Shown: positions 59,233 through 64,000 of the stretch, one piece after another
Layout of the letters: the number at the start of each line of letters is the position of its first letter
Position numbering within the stretch: the stretch's first letter is position 1
Assembly: GCA_963780225.1 (NCBI GenBank)
Contig: CAWAAX010000011.1
Span: forward strand, 1-64,000
Origin: an uncultured bacterium
GTDB taxonomy: Bacteria > Edwardsbacteria > AC1 > EtOH8
DNA: 64,000 nt
Reading direction: 5' to 3'
Notes under the pieces: model-generated
Told to the model about the DNA's origin: nothing
Seen by the model: only the letters and a program-made list of their open reading frames with translations
Databases searched by the model: none
Position numbers and translations under genes: made by a program

Positions 59233-60348
59233 TTAAACCAGATCCACCGCCAGTCCATCGGCCAGCAACAAGCCTTTGGAAGTAAGGCGCAGGTTTTTTT
59301 TATTCCATTCTGCCCAGCCCCGTTCTTTCCAGCCAAGCCAGACCTGCGGCTTATACTCCAAGGGAGATATCCCGAATTTACTTTGAAATCTTTTTATATC
59401 TATCCCCCGGACCGTCCGCAATCCCAGAAACAGGGTTTCAAACTTTTGTTGCCCCGGCGAAAGGGTTTCCCGGAAATCGGCCGGGTTTTGGCCGCCGATG
59501 ACCGACCGGATGTACCTTTCAACATTCTTTTTGTTACTCCATCTTTTGCCGGCCCGGTGCGAATGGGCTCCAGCCCCAAAGCCCAGGTAATCGCCGGCCT
59601 GCCAGTAATTGATATTATGTTTGGAGCAAAATCCTTTGCGGGAAAAATTAGAAACCTCGTAGCGTTTAAGCCCGGCCCGGTCCAGCCGGTCGACCGCCTC
59701 CAGGTACATGTCGGCTTCAAGCTCTTCGCCGCAGGGTGTTATTCTGCCATCTGCTTTTTGCTTTTTGAGTTCCGTATTCTTCTCGTAGGTCAATGAATAA
59801 AGTGACAGGTGGGCGGGACCAAACGCCAAGGCTCGCTCCAGGTCTGCTTTCCATCCTTCCAGGGATTGCTCCGGCAGGGCATAAATCAGGTCGATGCTGA
59901 TGTTGGCAAAACCGGCTTTTACCCCCAGTTCAAAGGCCTTGGAGGCCTGGCGGCCGGTATGGACCCGTCCGATCCGTTTCAGCAATGCATCGTTAAAGGA
60001 CTGCACTCCCAGGCTTAAGCGGTTGAAACCCATTTCCCTTAAGGAGCTCAATTTTTCCAACGTGACTGTTCCGGGATTAGCCTCTATGGTCAATTCGGTA
60101 TCCGGAGCCCAGGGCCGCAGCGCGTTCAGTGCCGATTCGATCAGCTTAGCCGGCGCGACGGTGGGTGTGCCTCCGCCAAAATATATTGTCTTTATTTTAG
60201 TGATTTCATTTCTGTGATCATTGATCTCCCGAATCAGGGCCTGGAAATACTTTTTTAGCTCATCCGGTTGCTCCAGCGGCTGAGAGTTGAAACCGCAATA
60301 ATGACACTTGGCTATGCAGAAGGGAATATGGACGTAAACGGAGTTCAT
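59233..60348 (-). CDS. hemW: Radical SAM heme chaperone HemW (HemN-like)
   Basis: YVHIPFCIAKCHYCGF; YFGGGTP; EANP; RLSLGVQS; YEVSNF; HNINYW. Confidence 0.92.
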   Translation of the reverse strand: MNSVYVHIPFCIAKCHYCGFNSQPLEQPDELKKYFQALIREINDHRNEITKIKTIYFGGGTPTVAPAKLIESALNALRPWAPDTELTIEANPGTVTLEKLSSLREMGFNRLSLGVQSFNDALLKRIGRVHTGRQASKAFELGVKAGFANISIDLIYALPEQSLEGWKADLERALAFGPAHLSLYSLTYEKNTELKKQKADGRITPCGEELEADMYLEAVDRLDRAGLKRYEVSNFSRKGFCSKHNINYWQAGDYLGFGAGAHSHRAGKRWSNKKNVERYIRSVIGGQNPADFRETLSPGQQKFETLFLGLRTVRGIDIKRFQSKFGISPLEYKPQVWLGWKERGWAEWNKKNLRLTSKGLLLADGLAVDLV

Positions 60349-60502
60349 AAATTATTAGAATTTTCGATTATGGTAGCAGACCTTATTACCTTATAACATT
60401 TTTCCTCAAAAGTCAAACTATTTGAAGAGGCCTTTAAAATATCTTTCCCCATCTTTAAGATATCCCCTTGACTTTTGGGCTGAAATTTGACATCATTAAA
60501 AT

Positions 60503-62284
60503 ATGTTCAAGTTTTTTACGCTAACCACACTATTGCTGATCGCTTTTTCCCCGGCCCTGGGGCAGATCGAACCGGCCTCCGATATTCCAGCCGGGGCGGG
60601 TTTCGATTTCATTACCGTCCTTTCCCCCCCGCCGGATTCCACCCTGTCCCAGGATGAGCCGTTGGAGATCTCCCTGCTGCTGTCGGACCTGCAGGGTTAT
60701 TCTCTGACCCTGCTGTTGGATAGTGTGGACATAACCGCTAGGGCCCAAATCACCGATGACTATCTTTATTATCTTTCGGACTTTGCCCCTCAGCCCGGAC
60801 AGCATCAAATAAGATTGACAGTACTAAGCGGACAGGATCCCGTTTTCTCACACAGCTGGGTATTTTATGCTCCAAAAGTTTTATCTGCTCCGGAATATGC
60901 CTTACCCTGGAATATTTGGGCTGGGCTGGGCTGGCAATACTCGGATTGTAGCGCCGATAGTGCTGGGTTGGGCCTCTCATTCCCCGTCGGTTTTCTGCCC
61001 AAGGCCGAGCTTTCGTTGTCTGGTCTGCTGGGCCGGGGGAATCTCTCCGGCAATCTCTTCTATGACCCGGCTTACGACAAATATGCACACGGCCAGCTAC
61101 AGTTTTCCCATCCCCAGTGGGAGCTTTGGCTGGGGGAGTTCTACCCCCGGCTTTCGGAACTGGCTTTTTCCGGGCTTTCTCCCCTGGGTGGTTCCGGGAC
61201 ATATAAGAACGGCCGACTAAAAATCGACCTGCTGGCCTGCCGCTCCCAATCGGCCGATACCGGCTACCAGACCTTTGCCCAGTATATCTACGGCGGCCAA
61301 AGCATATTGGAGCTGAGCGACAGCCTGATCTTTTCGGCCGGATACTTTTCCGGCTCTGATGATCCTTACTCCCTGCCGGACTCGATAAGGTATAAGACCA
61401 GCTCCTATGTCTACAGCGACTCACTGCTGGGAATTTCCGATACCATAATATCGGTGGACACCCTCCACCCGGGCCGGAATCAACTAATGCTGCTGTCTCT
61501 GTCCTTTCCGTTTAAAAGCCTGCTCTTATCCGGAGAATTCATCCGCACCCGTTTGATCCCCGATACCGGGGAAACAGTTTACGGCCATGGTTACTCGGCC
61601 GGCACTAAGATTCCTCGGAAAAGACAACTTTGGGAAGTCAGATATATTTCCTTGGGCCAGTATTTTTACAGTTTTGGAAACCCCTACGCCGAGGCGGCCA
61701 AGAACGAACTATCCCTGACCCAGGAGGCCAAGTGGAATAAGATATTAAGCACTCAGGCCTACGCTTCGGCCTATAAAATATTTACCGATTCCGCCGCCGG
61801 CAACAGCTATAAGGCCGGAGCCTCGTTGCGGCTGTCCAATCCTGGCCCTGACCAGTGTTTTTCCGGTTTTTCCCTTAACCTTGAATACAACCTCCGGCCC
61901 TATACCGGCTACCTCTATCAAAGCCGCAGCTTGGGAGTCGGCTTGAACTTAAAATGGAAAATAATCCGTATCTCGCCTCTCTATTCTTATTCTGCCAGTC
62001 AAAGCGACCGGCTGACCCAGTCCCATTCGGCCAATCTTGATCTGAATTTCACGGCCAGCAGAATCTGGCAGATCCATTCCGGCTATCAGTACTACCAACT
62101 TCGGGACGATCTGAACTCCGTCGATCAACTCAAAAATACGGGTTATCTCAAGAATACGATCAGCCTGGGATCCAGATTATCGCTGGAACTGGGAGTCAAG
62201 CAGATCAATAAAACCGACCGGCTGGACTTATCCAAATCATATCGCCAGCGCCTGGCCTGGATAAATCTGGGATACCGCTTTTAA
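60503..62284 (+). CDS. Exported protein: N-terminal Ig-like domain plus a probable outer-membrane beta-barrel
   Basis: Signal peptide; alternating amphipathic strands; C-terminal NLGYRF. Confidence 0.7.
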   Translation: MFKFFTLTTLLLIAFSPALGQIEPASDIPAGAGFDFITVLSPPPDSTLSQDEPLEISLLLSDLQGYSLTLLLDSVDITARAQITDDYLYYLSDFAPQPGQHQIRLTVLSGQDPVFSHSWVFYAPKVLSAPEYALPWNIWAGLGWQYSDCSADSAGLGLSFPVGFLPKAELSLSGLLGRGNLSGNLFYDPAYDKYAHGQLQFSHPQWELWLGEFYPRLSELAFSGLSPLGGSGTYKNGRLKIDLLACRSQSADTGYQTFAQYIYGGQSILELSDSLIFSAGYFSGSDDPYSLPDSIRYKTSSYVYSDSLLGISDTIISVDTLHPGRNQLMLLSLSFPFKSLLLSGEFIRTRLIPDTGETVYGHGYSAGTKIPRKRQLWEVRYISLGQYFYSFGNPYAEAAKNELSLTQEAKWNKILSTQAYASAYKIFTDSAAGNSYKAGASLRLSNPGPDQCFSGFSLNLEYNLRPYTGYLYQSRSLGVGLNLKWKIIRISPLYSYSASQSDRLTQSHSANLDLNFTASRIWQIHSGYQYYQLRDDLNSVDQLKNTGYLKNTISLGSRLSLELGVKQINKTDRLDLSKSYRQRLAWINLGYRF

Positions 62285-62403
62285 GATGCCGTGGAAAAGC
62301 CTGATATTACCTTGCCATTTCTACTGTAGTTACACACTAAGTCGTTCCGCCAAAAGACTTTATGGCCTATCTGGCTTTGGCGTTTAAATTATGTTCTTAT
62401 CCG

Positions 62404-62432
62404 GGAACTATAGGAGGTTAAAACGGCTCTAA
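62404..62432 (+). promoter_or_regulatory. Candidate ECF-sigma (autoregulatory) promoter
   Basis: GGAACTA-17-TCTAA, resembling the RpoE consensus GAACTT...TCTRA, just upstream of the sigma gene. Confidence 0.55.
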
Positions 62433-62444
62433 CTTTAAGCCAAT

Positions 62445-63008
62445 ATGACTGAAAACAGCAAGATAGAATTTGATCAGATAGTCCAGAGATACGATAAGCG
62501 GCTTTTTAATTTGCTCTTTCGTTTGTCGGGCGATTATGACCTGGCCCAGGACTTGGCTCAGGAAGTTTTCCTGATCGCTTATAAGGAGTACTCCAAATTT
62601 CGCGGTGAATCCGATTTTTTTACCTGGCTTTACCGGATAGCGGTCAACCATCACCGCAGGTATTTAAGGAAACAAAAAGTAAGATCTTTCTTTGGTCTGG
62701 GCGAAAGAATGCCCGAAGAAGAAGTGTCCGACCCCGGGGCCCTGGAACAGATGGAAAATATCGAAAAAATATCCCAGGATAAGATTATCCGGCAGGCGGT
62801 GGCCGAACTGCCGGTGGAATTCAAAGAAACAGTGGTGCTGTATTATTTTGAGGACCAGGCTTGCGATGATATCGCCAAAATATTGAACTGCTCTCCGGGC
62901 ACCATAAAATCACGTTTGTGGCGGGGCCGCCAGATTCTGGCTCAAAAGCTTAAAGGCTTAAATGCCGCCAATAATCAGGGAGAAGAAAATGAACTGTCCG
63001 CAAATTAA
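62445..63008 (+). CDS. ECF RNA polymerase sigma factor
   Basis: AQDLAQEVF; FFTWLYRIAVN; IAKILNCSPGTIKSRLWRGR. Confidence 0.95.
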   Translation: MTENSKIEFDQIVQRYDKRLFNLLFRLSGDYDLAQDLAQEVFLIAYKEYSKFRGESDFFTWLYRIAVNHHRRYLRKQKVRSFFGLGERMPEEEVSDPGALEQMENIEKISQDKIIRQAVAELPVEFKETVVLYYFEDQACDDIAKILNCSPGTIKSRLWRGRQILAQKLKGLNAANNQGEENELSAN

Positions 63009-63711
63009 AATATTTTTCCGGGAAAATCCCGCCGGCTCTTTGCCGCCCCAGGCCCAAAGCCATATCCGGGAATGCCCCGCCTGCCGGGCTTTGGTACAAG
63101 AGCAAAACCATCTGGAATCGCTTCTGCGGAATCAGCCCCGGACCGAACTTCCCCCCTATTTCCAAGCCAAGCTATGGGCCAGGATAAATCAAGCCGAAGC
63201 CAAACCGCAGTTTTTTGCATTACGGTCCGCCCGGTTTTCCCTGGCTGCTTCGGCACTGATGATCGCCACTGTGTTGCTGCTGTTTTTACAGACTCCTATC
63301 CCTGAAAACATTTATGCCCCCCAGGCGGTGATCCAAAATCCGCCATCATCCCTTAATACGGATAATGAACCCCGCTTACCGGCGGTTACCATCACCGCCA
63401 AAGATCCGGCCGTCCGGGAACCCAGTCGGATCTATCCCGTATGGCCCGGAGATCAGGATGTGGCCGAGAGCCGGAATCTGAGTATCGTAGCCTCATTTTA
63501 TCCGGCATCCCGGACCCGTGACCGGATAAAAGTAAGCATCGACGACCAGCCCCTATCTTCAGCCCAGTACCAACTTAAGGAAGATTATTTGACCATCGCC
63601 CCTAAAAGCCTGGCACCCGGCCAGCATGTGGTTCTGGTATCTTTAACCGACCTTGAGGGGCGGGAGACCAACAAAAGCTGGAGCTTTTATCTGCTGGAGG
63701 AATTATCATGA
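62989..63711 (+). CDS. Zinc-binding anti-sigma factor with a TM helix and an extracytoplasmic Ig-like domain
   Basis: HIRECPAC (HxxxCxxC); one TM segment; overlaps the sigma gene. Confidence 0.85.
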   Translation: MNCPQIKIFFRENPAGSLPPQAQSHIRECPACRALVQEQNHLESLLRNQPRTELPPYFQAKLWARINQAEAKPQFFALRSARFSLAASALMIATVLLLFLQTPIPENIYAPQAVIQNPPSSLNTDNEPRLPAVTITAKDPAVREPSRIYPVWPGDQDVAESRNLSIVASFYPASRTRDRIKVSIDDQPLSSAQYQLKEDYLTIAPKSLAPGQHVVLVSLTDLEGRETNKSWSFYLLEELS

Positions 63712-64000
63712 AAAAATTTATCTTAATCATCTTGCTCTTGGCCGCAGCCGTAGTTATTGCCCCGGCCCAGCAGTTGGAAGTATCTCCCAACCCGGCCGAA
63801 GTTCTGCCCACAGGAACGCTCCAGTTCTCGGTACTGAACCAGGAACAGGTGAAGATCATTTGGCAGGTGCTTCCGCCGTCTCTGGGATCCATCGATGTTG
63901 ACGGACGATTTACCGCCGGAAAATATGCCGGGCAGGGAATCGTACGGGCCACTGTCCATAACGGCGATAAACTATTTCTGGGCCACGCCCTGATCAAGGT
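63708..64000 (+). CDS. Secreted Ig-like domain protein (3' truncated by window)
   Basis: GGAGG SD; ATGA overlap; MKKFILIILLLAAAVVIAPA signal then VSPNPAEV..G.LQFSV..W.V..GSIDVDGRFTAG. Confidence 0.75.
   Translation, partial: MKKFILIILLLAAAVVIAPAQQLEVSPNPAEVLPTGTLQFSVLNQEQVKIIWQVLPPSLGSIDVDGRFTAGKYAGQGIVRATVHNGDKLFLGHALIK

Overview
A GC-rich, gene-dense window from a diderm bacterium; the gene mix resembles FCB-adjacent candidate phyla such as TA06/Edwardsbacteria, but this is unverified. It is mostly core genes: grpE-dnaK-dnaJ-rsmE, proS, metG, ricT, holB, mutS2, cvpA, hemW, pgsA-like, three SurA/PpiC foldases, two PilT-type ATPases and tRNA-Leu(CAA). Accessory content includes a Phd/RelE toxin-antitoxin pair, three DUF362 proteins, an Mrr-like nuclease, an orphan radical SAM/SPASM protein and an ECF sigma/anti-sigma locus. 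No CRISPR array, integrase or transposase was found. The most unusual signals are: (1) a ~220-250 nt structured element present twice, with compensatory base changes; (2) several families of small palindromic or tandem repeats in the intergenic gaps, often nested inside each other; (3) an outer-membrane protein and a nearby anti-sigma factor that share an Ig-like domain, suggesting a trans-envelope signalling system; (4) an in-frame 846-bp tandem duplication inside holB; (5) an array of tRNA-3'-end-like units after tRNA-Leu; and (6) two single-base frameshifts. All calls come from manual motif reading; no searches were run.
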